A model generated the notes under the pieces. It did no database searches and was not told the DNA's origin. It saw only the letters and a program-made list of their open reading frames with translations. DNA of 64,000 nt, from positions 128,493-192,492 of the forward strand of contig DAML01000026.1 of NCBI GenBank assembly GCA_002497075.1, written 5' to 3'. Source of the DNA: Methanomassiliicoccaceae archaeon UBA472. GTDB taxonomy: Archaea > Thermoplasmatota > Thermoplasmata > Methanomassiliicoccales > UBA472. Of this stretch, positions 46,342 through 57,300 are shown piece by piece (position 1 is the stretch's first letter; each line of letters starts with the position of its first letter). The translations under genes were made by a program, and so were the position numbers.

Positions 46342-47043
46342 TCAATTCCCGATGGTGAACGAGAAGGAAGCCTCGGCGTTGTTCACCGGTCCTTCCAGGC
46401 GGAGGTCCTTAAGGTCCTTTAGGCGGTAGGCCACCAGATCCTCCCTGGACAGTATCCGGCGTATTCCTTCCACGTGCCCGTCGCCGATCACAGCCAGCAC
46501 GCTTCCGTAAAGCCCCTCGGCCCTCAGGATGTTCCGGGCCATGTGCTCATTGCGCTCGTCTATCAGAACGCGCTTCACGGTAGGGAAGCTCCTGGCCAGG
46601 GTGTCCATGTACCTCTCTTCGTTCTCCTGGAACTCCTGCAGCTCCTTCTCCACCCGCTTGCGGGTCATGAACAGACCGCCGAAGGAGGATAGCAGCATGC
46701 CCACCCTCTCCTTCACAGACATCTGCTTGATCAGGGAATTGAAGAGGCGGCCGGCGTCCATGTCGATGAAGAGGACCTGCGATCCCCGGGCTTTGGCGGC
46801 ATCCACCGCGGCCAGCATTTCCGCCCCGACCTCCCCGCCGAACTGTTCGGCCAGCCTTCGTTGCATGACCGCCAGCAAGCGATAGGGAATAGGCACCTTG
46901 CCGCGCGGCGATCCTTCCTGAAGCGCACGATATCGTCCGGGGTCCAGCTCTATGCCGACCGCACCCGGGGCGTAATGCTCGACCAGGGAGCCTATCGGCT
47001 TAGACACGTCGATGACATGGGCCACGCCGACAAGCACGATCAT
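46342..47043 (-). CDS. TraB/GumN-family protein
   Basis: N-terminal IVLVGVAHVIDVS and GDGHVEGI motifs. Confidence 0.78.
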   Translation of the reverse strand: MIVLVGVAHVIDVSKPIGSLVEHYAPGAVGIELDPGRYRALQEGSPRGKVPIPYRLLAVMQRRLAEQFGGEVGAEMLAAVDAAKARGSQVLFIDMDAGRLFNSLIKQMSVKERVGMLLSSFGGLFMTRKRVEKELQEFQENEERYMDTLARSFPTVKRVLIDERNEHMARNILRAEGLYGSVLAVIGDGHVEGIRRILSREDLVAYRLKDLKDLRLEGPVNNAEASFSFTIGN

Positions 47044-47095
47044 GTTCTGGTCATTGCAGCAACTTTCTTATAATCATTGCCTCCTGGCTTTGACC

Positions 47096-47752
47096 GTGAG
47101 AGAGAACGGGCGCAAGTTCGACCTGGTGGCCTTCGACATGGACGGCGTGCTGGTCGATTATCTTTCTTCCTGGACCTGGGTGCACGACCGGTTCGGGGTG
47201 AGCAACGAGGAGTCGGTCATATCCTTCATGGACGGGGAGATCGACGACCTGGAGTTCATGCGGCGGGACATCGCGCTTTGGCTCAAGCATCGCCCCGGGC
47301 TGGGACTGGGGGACGTGGAGAGGGAGCTGGCGAGGCTTCCGATCAACCCTGGCATAGGAGCTACCGTCCGGGCTTTGCAGGAGAGGGGCACCAGGACGGT
47401 CATCATTAGCGGGGGGCTGGACCTTATCGCCGGAAAGCTGGCCAAGGAGTACGGCTTCGATGCGCAGTGGTCCAACGGACTGGAGGCGGACGCCCGTGGG
47501 AAGCTGACCGGAGAAGGGGTTCTCAGGGTGGAGCTGTGCAACAAACGGAAGGCTTTGCAGGAAGCGCAAGAGATCTTCAGCGTTACCCCGGAAAGAACGG
47601 CGGCCATAGGGAACAGCTCCATCGACGTCTCGATGTTCCAGGCGTCCTCCTTGGGAATAGCTTTCAATCCCATTGATGAGGACGTGGTACGCGGGGCCCA
47701 TCACGTCATAAGGGACGCCAGCCTGAGCGCCGTTCTCCCATTGCTATTGTGA
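47096..47752 (+). CDS. HAD-superfamily hydrolase (phosphoserine phosphatase-like)
   Basis: Motif I FDMDGVL, motif II ISGG, motif III/IV K...GNSSIDVSM. The start is uncertain (TTG 47090 or GTG 47096). The ORF-track ATG at 47012 would overlap the divergent traB-like start. Confidence 0.7.
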   Translation: MRENGRKFDLVAFDMDGVLVDYLSSWTWVHDRFGVSNEESVISFMDGEIDDLEFMRRDIALWLKHRPGLGLGDVERELARLPINPGIGATVRALQERGTRTVIISGGLDLIAGKLAKEYGFDAQWSNGLEADARGKLTGEGVLRVELCNKRKALQEAQEIFSVTPERTAAIGNSSIDVSMFQASSLGIAFNPIDEDVVRGAHHVIRDASLSAVLPLLL

Positions 47753-48397
47753 CGGGTGACCCTTTTCACCGATCAGCGGGACGAAGACCACGGAACCGAG
47801 GTCCTCGGTCAGTATCTTTCCTCCCAGCCTCCTCACCCGGAGCAAGGACTGGTAATCCAGGCCGCCCACCGGTATCACCATGATACCGCCTTCTCGGAGC
47901 TGTTCTGCCAGGGGACCGGGCACCCGGGGCGCCCCGCAGGTTACGCTTATCCTGTCGTACGGAGCCTGTTCCGGGTAGCCTAACGAACCGTCACCCACCA
48001 CCAACTGGACGTTGGTGTACCCTGCTTCCAGCAGAACCCTGGACGCCTTCTCCGCCAGGGAGGGGTGCCGCTCCATGGTGATGATCTTGCCCTGGGGGCC
48101 GACCAGCTCGGCCATGACCGCGGCGTTGTAGCCGGAACCGGCACCGATCTCCAATACCTTCTGCCCTTCGCGAAGATCTAACGCCTCAGCCATGACCGCC
48201 ACCATGTGCGGGGCCGATATGGTCTGCCCGTCGCCAATGGGGAGAGGCGAATCGCGATAGGCATGCGGACGGGCGCTCTCCGGCAGGAAGAGATGGCGGG
48301 GGACCTTGAGCAGGGCCTCTTCGACCCTTGGAGAGAACACCAGGCCGCGGCCGCGAAGCCCGGCCACCATCTGCCGACGTTCGTCCATGCTCATCAC
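47744..48397 (-). CDS. pcm: protein-L-isoaspartate O-methyltransferase
   Basis: [10 protein letters not shown] and [16 protein letters not shown] motifs; typical length. Confidence 0.9.
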   Translation of the reverse strand: MMSMDERRQMVAGLRGRGLVFSPRVEEALLKVPRHLFLPESARPHAYRDSPLPIGDGQTISAPHMVAVMAEALDLREGQKVLEIGAGSGYNAAVMAELVGPQGKIITMERHPSLAEKASRVLLEAGYTNVQLVVGDGSLGYPEQAPYDRISVTCGAPRVPGPLAEQLREGGIMVIPVGGLDYQSLLRVRRLGGKILTEDLGSVVFVPLIGEKGHPSQ

Positions 48398-48993
48398 GAG
48401 TAGGTGGTGCGGGCCTTCCTGGCGTATAGCCTCACGATGTCCCTGGCCAGTACCGAACCGCGGCGGGCCATGCCATCCGGGGTCTTGATCTGGGTTATGA
48501 CCACATTGTATCGTCCGACGGTCATCAGGTCCCCGATGAAGAACTCCTCCTCCGGAAGGACGACTATCTCCGCCGGTATGGTCTTGTGCACGTCGTTTAT
48601 CGATATTTTCACGTGGACCTGGTCGAAGCGCTTGGCCCAGATGGCCGTGATGTCCTTCGCCAACGCCTTCGTCACCCGTCCGTTCCCCTTCTCCACGGAA
48701 CTTACGATTATCGGAAGGTCGTCCAGGAGGAGCTCGTCCTCTATGCGTATCTCCTCGTCCTCGGGGATCTCGATCTCCGCCTTCCTTGACTCACCCTGGT
48801 CGCTGATTATGACCGGGACCATGACGGTCTTGGTCTCCCTGACCACGGCGGTGTGCACCCGTCCGCATTCATGACAGCGCAGCGTGCCTTCCAAGGTGTT
48901 CCCGTCCTTGCCTAGCCTCCCTTTCAGCACCTCGTGCAGGGTCTCCTCGCCGCAGTCCGGGCATTCCACTTGTATCGCGTTCGGTACGTTCAT
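48394..48993 (-). CDS. conserved archaeal N-terminal zinc-ribbon protein (199 aa)
   Basis: CPDCG...CHECG ribbon at the N-terminus. The ATG at 48993 forms an ATGA overlap with the upstream MBL gene stop. The ORF-track N-terminal extension is Arg/Gly-rich shadow sequence. Confidence 0.65.
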   Translation of the reverse strand: MNVPNAIQVECPDCGEETLHEVLKGRLGKDGNTLEGTLRCHECGRVHTAVVRETKTVMVPVIISDQGESRKAEIEIPEDEEIRIEDELLLDDLPIIVSSVEKGNGRVTKALAKDITAIWAKRFDQVHVKISINDVHKTIPAEIVVLPEEEFFIGDLMTVGRYNVVITQIKTPDGMARRGSVLARDIVRLYARKARTTYS

Positions 48994-49583
48994 TCGCCTC
49001 GCCTTCCTTTTCCTTTGTACGGCGCCGTGCGGAAGGGCGGACCGTGACCCGGCACGACCACGTCGGCCGCCTCGATCAGCATTTCCATGGAATCCATGGC
49101 CTTCCGCCGGTCGTAATGGTGCCCAGGGGGCACCCATTTTCGGGCGTTGTCCTCGGTCGGTATGGCGTCGCCCGCTATCGCGAACGTCTCGCCGGCCTCG
49201 ACCATCACGCTGATGCTTCCCGGGGTGTGCCCGGGGGTGTGCACCAGCCGCACGCCCTCCCATATCTCGACGTCGTTCTCCAGCGCCATCTGGCCGCCTT
49301 CCTCGCGGTGCGCTATGACCTTGGCATGAGGGAACATGCCGAGGTTACCTTCGTGGTCGCCGTGCGCGTGCGTGAGAACGACCGCCTCTATGTCCGATGG
49401 ACCAAGTCCCCGGGACCGCAGGGCATCCATCAACACAAGGCTATTCTGAGGTCCACTGGTATCCACCAGCAGCCGCCGCTCTCCCCGGCTGACCAGGGTC
49501 GCGGTGGAGCGAGCCTCCAGGATGATCTGTCCGTCGCGGACGATCATCCCCGGGCAGAGCACCTCCACCCTGTTCATGCTCAT
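48990..49583 (-). CDS. MBL-fold metallo-hydrolase
   Basis: HAHGDHEGN metal-binding motif, then HTPGHTPGS and downstream His/Asp ligands. The ATG at 49583 forms an ATGA overlap with the rhomboid stop. Confidence 0.8.
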   Translation of the reverse strand: MSMNRVEVLCPGMIVRDGQIILEARSTATLVSRGERRLLVDTSGPQNSLVLMDALRSRGLGPSDIEAVVLTHAHGDHEGNLGMFPHAKVIAHREEGGQMALENDVEIWEGVRLVHTPGHTPGSISVMVEAGETFAIAGDAIPTEDNARKWVPPGHHYDRRKAMDSMEMLIEAADVVVPGHGPPFRTAPYKGKGRRGE

Positions 49584-50476
49584 CTTACCGACCTCTCCCA
49601 TCCGCATGCGCACTTAATACGGTTTCCCTCCAGCTTCGGACGGTTGCCGCAGGAAGGGCACACGGAACGTTCAACGAACCTCTCCAGCCAAACCCGACGT
49701 ACATCTGGCTCCGTTTCCGTTTCGATGCGTTCCTTGATCTTGCGGAGCTCGTCGGTGGTGGCCAGGCCCTCCAGGTCCACCTCGTCGTCAGGATCGCTCT
49801 CCTTCTCCCCGGGCAGAAGGAACGCCACCCCCATCCCCGCTACGAAGCCGCCGATGTGCGCTGCGTACGCGATACCGCCGGAAGCTATGCCCGATGGTAG
49901 CGTGAAGGCCGAGACCGCCTGGATGGCGAACCATGCCCCTACCGAGATCCAGACGGGTACCCGGGGCAGGAATATGAAGCCGAGGAACATGGGGATCTCG
50001 TCCTTAGGATACAGGAACAGAAGCGCGCCCATGGTCCCGGCCACCGCTCCTGACGCGCCCAGGATCAGGATGCTGGGATCGCCCGATCTCACCGTGGCCT
50101 CCAGTATCAAGGCCAGCACCCCCGGGACGAAGAAGCAGAGAGCGAAGTTGCGCCTGCCGATGCGTTCCTCCAGCGGAACGCCAATCAGCATCAGGAACAC
50201 CATGTTGAACAGCACGTGCATGAGGTCGGCGTGCACGAACATGTGCGTGAGGACGGTATACCAACTGGACGGCTCGCCGGCGTAACTCGGTTGGAAGGCA
50301 AGCTCGCGCTGCATCTCCGACAGATAAAATGGCGATCCCCAGTCGGCGATGGTGCTCAACAGGAACATGCCCAGGTTGATCAGTACCAGCATCTGGGCCA
50401 ACGGATATCGCCTGAGGTAGGCCAGCAGCAGGGCTGCGATTATCACGCCGATACCGAACAGGCTGTACGGGTCCAC
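49580..50476 (-). CDS. rhomboid-family intramembrane serine protease with a C-terminal zinc ribbon
   Basis: GASGAVAG catalytic Ser motif, AHIGGFVAG catalytic His motif, 6 TM helices. C-terminal CPSCG...CACG. Confidence 0.85.
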   Translation of the reverse strand: MDPYSLFGIGVIIAALLLAYLRRYPLAQMLVLINLGMFLLSTIADWGSPFYLSEMQRELAFQPSYAGEPSSWYTVLTHMFVHADLMHVLFNMVFLMLIGVPLEERIGRRNFALCFFVPGVLALILEATVRSGDPSILILGASGAVAGTMGALLFLYPKDEIPMFLGFIFLPRVPVWISVGAWFAIQAVSAFTLPSGIASGGIAYAAHIGGFVAGMGVAFLLPGEKESDPDDEVDLEGLATTDELRKIKERIETETEPDVRRVWLERFVERSVCPSCGNRPKLEGNRIKCACGWERSVR

Positions 50477-50547
50477 GTTTGTCCGATATACCGTCCCCGT
50501 TTAAACCCTTCGGGAAAGGTTATTACCCCTGGCAGCGCTGAACGTCC

Positions 50548-51114
50548 GTGCTTCGTGACCGCATCATCCAGCTGGACATCCATCCGGAGGTTTACGCGCC
50601 GGCCGAGGACACCTATCTCCTGCTGTCCGCCGTTGACGTGGTTAAGGGAGAGAAGGTGCTGGAGATGGGCTGCGGGTCCGGGATCATATCCATGCACATG
50701 GCCAAGGCTGGTGCCGTCGTCACCGCGGCGGACATGGACGGGAGGGCGGTCCGGGCCACCGGGAACAGCGCCATGCTGAACAGCCTCGATGTGAGCGTGG
50801 TACAGAGCGATCTGTTCACGGACGTTTCCGGCAGGTTCGACCTGATCGTCTTCAATCCTCCCTACCTGCGCGGTGACGTTCAGGGGCAGGAGGACCTGTG
50901 CTGGGCCGGCGGCGAGGACGGGGTCCGTCTCACCTCGCGCTTCCTTGATGATGCGAAAGAGCATCTTGAGCCGGGCGGCAGGGTGCTGCTGCTCATCTCT
51001 GACGACATGGACCCCTCGGCCCTGGAGAACGCGCTATCGAATTGGAAGGCGGAGACCGTGGCCTCCAAGACCCTCTTTTTCGAAGAGCTTCGAGTGCTGA
51101 GGCTCACCCTCTAA
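50548..51114 (+). CDS. HemK/PrmC-related (Mtq2-like) methyltransferase
   Basis: VYAPAEDTYLL N-terminus, VLEMGCGSGIIS motif I, and the NPPY motif (FNPPYL). GTG start. Confidence 0.8.
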   Translation: MLRDRIIQLDIHPEVYAPAEDTYLLLSAVDVVKGEKVLEMGCGSGIISMHMAKAGAVVTAADMDGRAVRATGNSAMLNSLDVSVVQSDLFTDVSGRFDLIVFNPPYLRGDVQGQEDLCWAGGEDGVRLTSRFLDDAKEHLEPGGRVLLLISDDMDPSALENALSNWKAETVASKTLFFEELRVLRLTL

Positions 51115-52966
51115 GGAAGGCCTGCACCCTTTCCTTCAGCAGGTCGGCGGCCTGCTTGCCGTCCACCTTTCCGCGCAGCTCTTTCATGGCCACGCCCATG
51201 AGCGGCCCTACCGCGTTCTCGCCCTTCTCGCGGACGAAGTCGGCTCGTTCCTTGATGATCGCGTCTATGATGCCGGCGGCGTCCCCCTGGTCCAGTGAAC
51301 CTAGCCCCAGGGCGCTCACGGCCTTTTCGACGGTGGAACCGTTGGCCAGTTCCTTGAGCACCGCGGGAAGCGCCTCCTTGGCGAACCGTCCGGCGGATAG
51401 CGCAGCAAAGGCTTCCTTGACCCTCGCGTCCGTAAGCGTCTCCAGGCCCACGCCGTCCTTCTGCAGCTCCGGATAAGTGCTCAGGAATGTGCGGGCGGCC
51501 ACCGCCGCCACGGCACGGTCCTTGGCGACCTCTTCGAACAGCTCGTCGAAGCCGTCCTTGACCAGTTGGCGGGACTGCTGCTCGTTCACGCCGTACTCCC
51601 TGGATATGCGCGCCATGCGCTCCTCGGGAAGCTCCGGAAGGTTCTGGCGAATGGATTCCAAACGGTCCCTGCCGATCAGTATCGGCTTCACGTCCGTCTC
51701 GGGGTACATGCGCCCGGCCCCCGGCAGGGGACGGCTGTAAACGGACGTACCGTCCGGCAAAGGATCGCGGGTCTCCTCGGGCACGCCGATCAGAGCCTGG
51801 TTCGCCCTGGCCACGGCGGCCAGTAGAGCTGGTTCCGCCCGATCGGCGGCGTCGGCGCAGAGCGCGAAGGCGTCACCGTCACCGAGAGCGAACTCCTTGC
51901 GTATCGCCTGCACCTCCTCGGCGGTTATGCCGTAAGCCGGTAGTTCGTCGGAATGGAATATTCCGGCCACTCCGCGGGACCGGGCGTGCTGGGCCATCTC
52001 CGCGCCCAACCGCAGTTTGCTGTCGGGACTGCGCATCACGCCGGCGAAGAGCGGAAGAGCGGAACAGAACACCTTCCCGCCCTTGGACAGCGCGGAATGA
52101 ATGACCTTGGAGCGGCTGTCCTTCAACAGAACGGAAATGTCCCTGGCCGCCACCGGAACGGGCAGGGCGCCCCTTTCCCTGAGCATATGCCTGATCTCGA
52201 TAAGGGAACGCTGCCTCTCCATCTCGTTGCGGACGTACGTCGGCAACAGGGAGAGGTCCTGGGCCCCCTTGATCTCCACCCTGGCGCCATCTGGAATTGA
52301 TATGTTCAGGTCTTCCCTTATCGTCCCCAGACCGCGCTTCACCTTGCGCGTGGAGCGGAGTATGGAGCCCAAGCGCTGCGCCACCTCCTTCACCTCGTCC
52401 GGGTCGTGCATGTCCGGGGCGGTGGCTATCTCGATCAGCGGTATTCCCAGACGGTCCAGGCGGTACGTCACCTCCCTGTCCTTGGTCTCCACCTTGCGGG
52501 CGGCGTCCTCCTCCAGGCACAAGGACAATATCCCGATCTTACGGCCGTTCACGTCCAGGTGGCCGTCCACCGCCACCAACGCCGTGCGCTGGAAGCCGCT
52601 GGTGTTCGAGCCATCGATGACGATCTTGCGCATGAAGTGCACTTCGTCCATCACCCGGCAGTTCAGCATGGCCGAGACAATAAGTGAAGCCTGCATCGCC
52701 TCCTCGTCCGCGTCGTGGGGCGGTTCCTCGTCCGCTTCCACCAGACAGGAAACATCTGAGGGAGCCTGATAGGTGAAATGCATTCGCCGTTCGGCCTGCG
52801 CCAGGACGGCCCGGTCGATCTCCCCCATCTCGCTCTGTGTCGGACGCAGCCGGCGCCGGAAGCATTTCCCTTCCTCTTCCACCAGACGGGAGCGGCAGGA
52901 GCAGAACAGCTTGTGGGTGTCCAGCTGCTGATGGATCTCGATCCCGCAGGTCAGCTGGTGCATCAC
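51104..52966 (-). CDS. gatE: Glu-tRNA(Gln) amidotransferase subunit E
   Basis: CGIEIHQQLDT N-terminus, a GatB/E core and a C-terminal YqeY-like tail. ATGA overlap with gatD. Confidence 0.93.
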   Translation of the reverse strand: MMHQLTCGIEIHQQLDTHKLFCSCRSRLVEEEGKCFRRRLRPTQSEMGEIDRAVLAQAERRMHFTYQAPSDVSCLVEADEEPPHDADEEAMQASLIVSAMLNCRVMDEVHFMRKIVIDGSNTSGFQRTALVAVDGHLDVNGRKIGILSLCLEEDAARKVETKDREVTYRLDRLGIPLIEIATAPDMHDPDEVKEVAQRLGSILRSTRKVKRGLGTIREDLNISIPDGARVEIKGAQDLSLLPTYVRNEMERQRSLIEIRHMLRERGALPVPVAARDISVLLKDSRSKVIHSALSKGGKVFCSALPLFAGVMRSPDSKLRLGAEMAQHARSRGVAGIFHSDELPAYGITAEEVQAIRKEFALGDGDAFALCADAADRAEPALLAAVARANQALIGVPEETRDPLPDGTSVYSRPLPGAGRMYPETDVKPILIGRDRLESIRQNLPELPEERMARISREYGVNEQQSRQLVKDGFDELFEEVAKDRAVAAVAARTFLSTYPELQKDGVGLETLTDARVKEAFAALSAGRFAKEALPAVLKELANGSTVEKAVSALGLGSLDQGDAAGIIDAIIKERADFVREKGENAVGPLMGVAMKELRGKVDGKQAADLLKERVQAFLRG

Positions 52967-54255
52967 AGTTCCCTCCTTTCCGAGAACTCCCCGCGAAGGT
53001 TGGTGAGCATCAGCTCCCTGACCTTGTCCTTATCGTCGGTCCGTCCTAGAACCCACATCAGCTTCACCAAGGCCGTTTCAGGCAGCATGTCCTCGCCCGA
53101 GATGACCCCGGCGGAGAGAAGGTCCCTGCCGGTATCGTAGACGTTCAGGTTTACCCTGCCTTCAAGGCATTGCGTGGTCATGACCACCGTCATCCCCTGG
53201 GAGGTCAAGATCTTAAGACCTTTCACCAGGTCCTTGGAGACGTGGCCGAGACCGGTGCCAGCTATGACCAGCCCACGCAGGCCTTCCGCGAACCTGCTCA
53301 CCGCCTCGGCGCTGAGACCGGGGTAGAAGTGCAGCAACCCCACGTTCGGCTCCATGCGGGTGTCCACCTGCACCTTGACATCGTTCTTCGGATGACACTG
53401 GGCAGTCATCTCCAAGCCGCCGTTGAGGTCCAGGATGGCCGCCGGAACGGCGTTCATACTACGGAACGCGTCACGGCGGCTAGCGTGCATCTTGCGGACC
53501 TTGGTGCCGCGGTGAACGTGCGCGCAGGTGTCCGAGGTCTCGCCATGCATCAGCACGAAGATCCCGGCCGCATTGGCGTTCACGCAGAAGCGCGCCGCGG
53601 AAAGTAAGTTTCCGTACGAATCGGAAGAAGGGCGATCTGATGATCTCTGGGCTCCGACCAGCACGACCGGTCTCGGCACTTCGCCCAGCATGAAGGATAG
53701 CGCGGCTGACGTGAATCCCAGGGTGTCCGTTCCGTGCGGGATTATGACGCCTTCCACCCCGGAATTCAATTCCTCGGCCACGGCTCCCGCCAGTTCTTGC
53801 CAGTGAGCGACGTCCATGTTCTCGCTGAATATCGAGAACACCACCTTGGAGCGCATCTTGCATATCTCGGTGAGCTCGGGAACGGTGGCCACCAATTCCT
53901 CGGCCTTAAGGGCCGGATGGACAGCGCCAGTTCGATAATCAACGTAACTGGCAATGGTGCCGCCCGTCCCCAGGAAGGATATGATTGGCAGGTCGCTTCC
54001 CTTGGACGGCGCCTTGGGTTTCGGGGAACGCTCCTGGGCCTTGACCTCGACCTTCAGCTCGAAGGAATCGTCGACCATGACCCCGATGTTGTAGCCGCTC
54101 TTCAGCTTGATCACTATGACATCGGGATGGCTGAACTCGTGGTGAGGCATGAGTATGCCCGAATGCTCCTTGCCCCCCGCCTTGAGACGGACGGTATCGC
54201 CTTCGGAGGCATGGCTGCTGGCCAATAGATGTCGCACCCTTTCGGAATAGGTCAT
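52963..54255 (-). CDS. gatD: Glu-tRNA(Gln) amidotransferase subunit D
   Basis: Asparaginase-like motifs (GTGGTIAS, HGTDT) behind a GatD N-terminal domain. ATG at 54255 (MTYSERVRHLL) is preferred over the TTG at 54291. Confidence 0.93.
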   Translation of the reverse strand: MTYSERVRHLLASSHASEGDTVRLKAGGKEHSGILMPHHEFSHPDVIVIKLKSGYNIGVMVDDSFELKVEVKAQERSPKPKAPSKGSDLPIISFLGTGGTIASYVDYRTGAVHPALKAEELVATVPELTEICKMRSKVVFSIFSENMDVAHWQELAGAVAEELNSGVEGVIIPHGTDTLGFTSAALSFMLGEVPRPVVLVGAQRSSDRPSSDSYGNLLSAARFCVNANAAGIFVLMHGETSDTCAHVHRGTKVRKMHASRRDAFRSMNAVPAAILDLNGGLEMTAQCHPKNDVKVQVDTRMEPNVGLLHFYPGLSAEAVSRFAEGLRGLVIAGTGLGHVSKDLVKGLKILTSQGMTVVMTTQCLEGRVNLNVYDTGRDLLSAGVISGEDMLPETALVKLMWVLGRTDDKDKVRELMLTNLRGEFSERREL

Positions 54256-54355
54256 TTCGCTCGCTCGGGAATGGAACTCCCTCTTTAACAAAGTATCTTA
54301 GTGGAGAAAAATGAGAAACGAGGAAAAGGTTTGGAACTAAGAGGTTTGGGTCCCG

Positions 54356-57300
54356 TTACTTCCGGCGCCTCATGACCACTACCGCGGCCACGATGAGCAG
54401 GATGATGACCAGTACCCCGACTACCGCCAGTATGGCGCCCATGTCGCTTTCCTCTTCGCCCTCGATGGTGACGTCCTGGTATGACTGGTTCAGGGTCACA
54501 TCCATGGACTTCTCACCGGACTCGAAGTCAGCGGTTATGGTGTAGGGGTTAAATCCATCGTCCTTGCCCTCGGAGGTGTAGGAGTACTGTATGAGCAGTA
54601 TCCTGACCTTGCCGTCGGCATCGGTGGTGCCGTTGTAGACGATCTCGCCCTTGGCGTTCTTTATGAGCACCGAGACGTTCGCCGCCGGGTCGCCCTCGTC
54701 AAGGGCGGTCAGGGTCATCCAGGTGCCTTCGTTGAGGCTGTGGGAGTCCATGACCTTGGCCTTGGCGTAGGTGGTGGCGATGTTGTAGACGTCCGAACCG
54801 CCGAAGACGAAGTAGTCGAAGTCGCCCGCCAGTAGCGTGGCGCCCTCGATCCAGGCCTCGGAAGACTCGAGCACTAACGCATCGTCCAGAACCTCTATGG
54901 TGGATCCGTCCACCCACACCTGGGAGCGGGCTGCGTACAGACCGTTCAAGGTGTAGAGGTTGAGCGAGTAGTTGTACATCTCACCGTCGTTGGCGTGCGG
55001 AACATTGAGCACAATGGTCCTCACGTCATCGGCGAAGTGTATCTCGCTGTCCACCGCGTACAGGGCGTAATTGACCAGACCGTACACGTTTCCACTAGTG
55101 CGCACCGTGGAGCCCTCGGACCAGATACCGTTGTGGGCTTTGACCCAGGACCCGATGTCGGACCAGCTGGAGTCCAGTATGGCATCCATGGCCGCCTGTG
55201 GGTCGGCAGTTGTGGTCTCAGAGTCCTCGCTGCCGAGGTTCACGAAGTGACCGAGGATGGGCGCGTAGTTGGCTATGACCTGGAACATGTTGGTGTAGCC
55301 GATCTCGTTGTCCTCCACGCTCACGTCGCTGTTGCGCAGTAGTATCTCCACCTTGTTCAGGAGGAAGATGTTGTCGTGTATGGCGCCGGTGCAGTTCTCG
55401 GCCAGCAGTCCGGCCATGGAGTTGGCGACTATGAGGTTGTCATAGACGCCGCCCATGTCCATTCCATTGGCGTAGATGCCCACCGCGTACAGGGCGATGA
55501 TGTTGCTGACGATGCTCGGGGCAGCCCCGTTCTTGACCACTATACCGTATTCGTCGCCGTAACCCACGAAGAGGTTGTCAGCGATGACCGGCGCACATCC
55601 GTCTACGAGCATGTCGCTGTAGTAGAAGGTGCTGGTGCGGATCTCTGCCTCCGCGGTCGGTCCGAGGTTGACGTCGGTCTCATCGAACACGCTCAGGCTG
55701 GCCCAGAAGGTACCAGCCACATCGATGAACCAGCATTCGTCGACCATGACGTTGCTCATGGAGAGCAGCCCGCCCTCATCGACGGTAAGTCCTCCCCAGA
55801 TCTCGATCCACGCGTCCTCCACGACCATGCTTCCACCCGCCAGGACGTATATCGGCCCGGTGAAGTAGATGCCGCTGCGAGACGACTGGCATTGGGCGTC
55901 AACGTACCATACGACCTCCATGTACAGGTATGAGTATATCTCGGTCCCGTACTCGTTGTCGATGAAGACGTTGTTCCACAGCACCATCCGGTGGACCTCG
56001 TCCCACATGTAGATGCCGTAGTAGTTCTCCATGAAGGTGTTGTTGCCTACCACCAGGTCCTCCACGTAGGAGGATATGTACAGACCGTAGTAGCAGCCTG
56101 TAACGGTGTTGGCCTCGACCCACACGAACCAGGCTTCGTAGACGTAGATACCGGCCTCGGAGGCGTCGGATATCTCGTTGCCCTCGATGGTTATGTTCCA
56201 GACATAGTACATGTCCACGCCGTAGTCAGCGCCGCTGATCACGTTGTTGGCGATCAGGACGTTGGGCACGTCATAGAGCTCGATACCGTAGCTGGACCAC
56301 GGCAGGAACGGGTTCTCCAGGGCGGTGATGGTGTTGTCCACGATCACGCCGTCAGCATCCTCCTCGTCGTCGTACTCGTAGATGTACATACCTGTCGCGC
56401 CGAACTGGATCAGGTTGCCCTGGACCAGCCAGTGGTGCAGGTAGTCCACGTACACGGCGATCTCGGCGGTGATGGTGTTGCCGACCATCTCGCCCTCGGC
56501 CTCGTACCAGTATATACCGTAGATGTCGGCGCCGATGTCGCACTCCACGATGTTGTTACGGACATCCATGGCATCCTCGAGGTACATACCGTACCAGGAG
56601 TCGTTGACGTAGTTGTTCTCCACCACTATGTCGTTGACATAGGTGTAGAACACCTCGTCGCCAGTGAGCTCGTAGTCGGCCGGCACATCGAAGTACAGGG
56701 TTCCGTAGACCTCGATACCGTAGTAGGCGTGGCTCACGGTGTTGCCGCTAACGGAGGCCACGAAGGCGTAGTTGCCGTTCTGCTCGTCCCAGTACTCCCA
56801 GCTGGAGGTGTTCTCACAGCTGTCCAGGTAGATACCGGAATAGCTGTCGTCGATGTCCTCCATGGAGACGATGTTGTTCTCGATGTCCACCGCGATGCTC
56901 ATCTCTACGGTGCCGTAGGTGTCATCATCGTCGCGGTCCAGCTCATAGCTGATACCATCATCCCCAATGTCGGTCAGGGTGTTACCGGATATGTTCCAGT
57001 CGACGTTATAGTCGAGGCAGGACACTCCATCGTCCAGATCGATCTCCTCGTAGACCTCGATACCGTCCTCGAAACCGTTGATCTCGTTGCCGGTGACGGA
57101 CCAGGACATGTCCACGGTCGCTCCGACCTCGGTGATCACGTAGTCGTTGCATTCCACATCGGTTTCGCTGTTCAGATAGATAGCATCGTAGGCGTAGCCG
57201 TCTTCCTCAAGTAGTGTCTGCAGCACGTTGTTGTCAACGGCCACATCCACATCCACCCATATCCAGGAGCTCTTCTGAGCACCCGCATAGTGATACAAGT

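Noticed and set aside
49044-50285. 413-aa plus-strand ORF opposite the MBL hydrolase and rhomboid genes; similar cases at 41332-42294, 11417-12100 and 32482-33117
   Set aside because: All overlap well-supported genes on the other strand and translate to low-complexity Arg/Pro/Gly/His-rich sequence. They are treated as GC-driven shadow ORFs.
55991-57214. Long plus-strand ORFs (407 aa here; also 379 aa at 59522-60661 and 185 aa at 55376-55933) antisense to the 2404-aa gene
   Set aside because: They are shadow ORFs inside a continuous 7.2 kb minus-strand ORF. Their translations are monotonous V/D/G/H-rich low-complexity strings, with no start context and no motifs.
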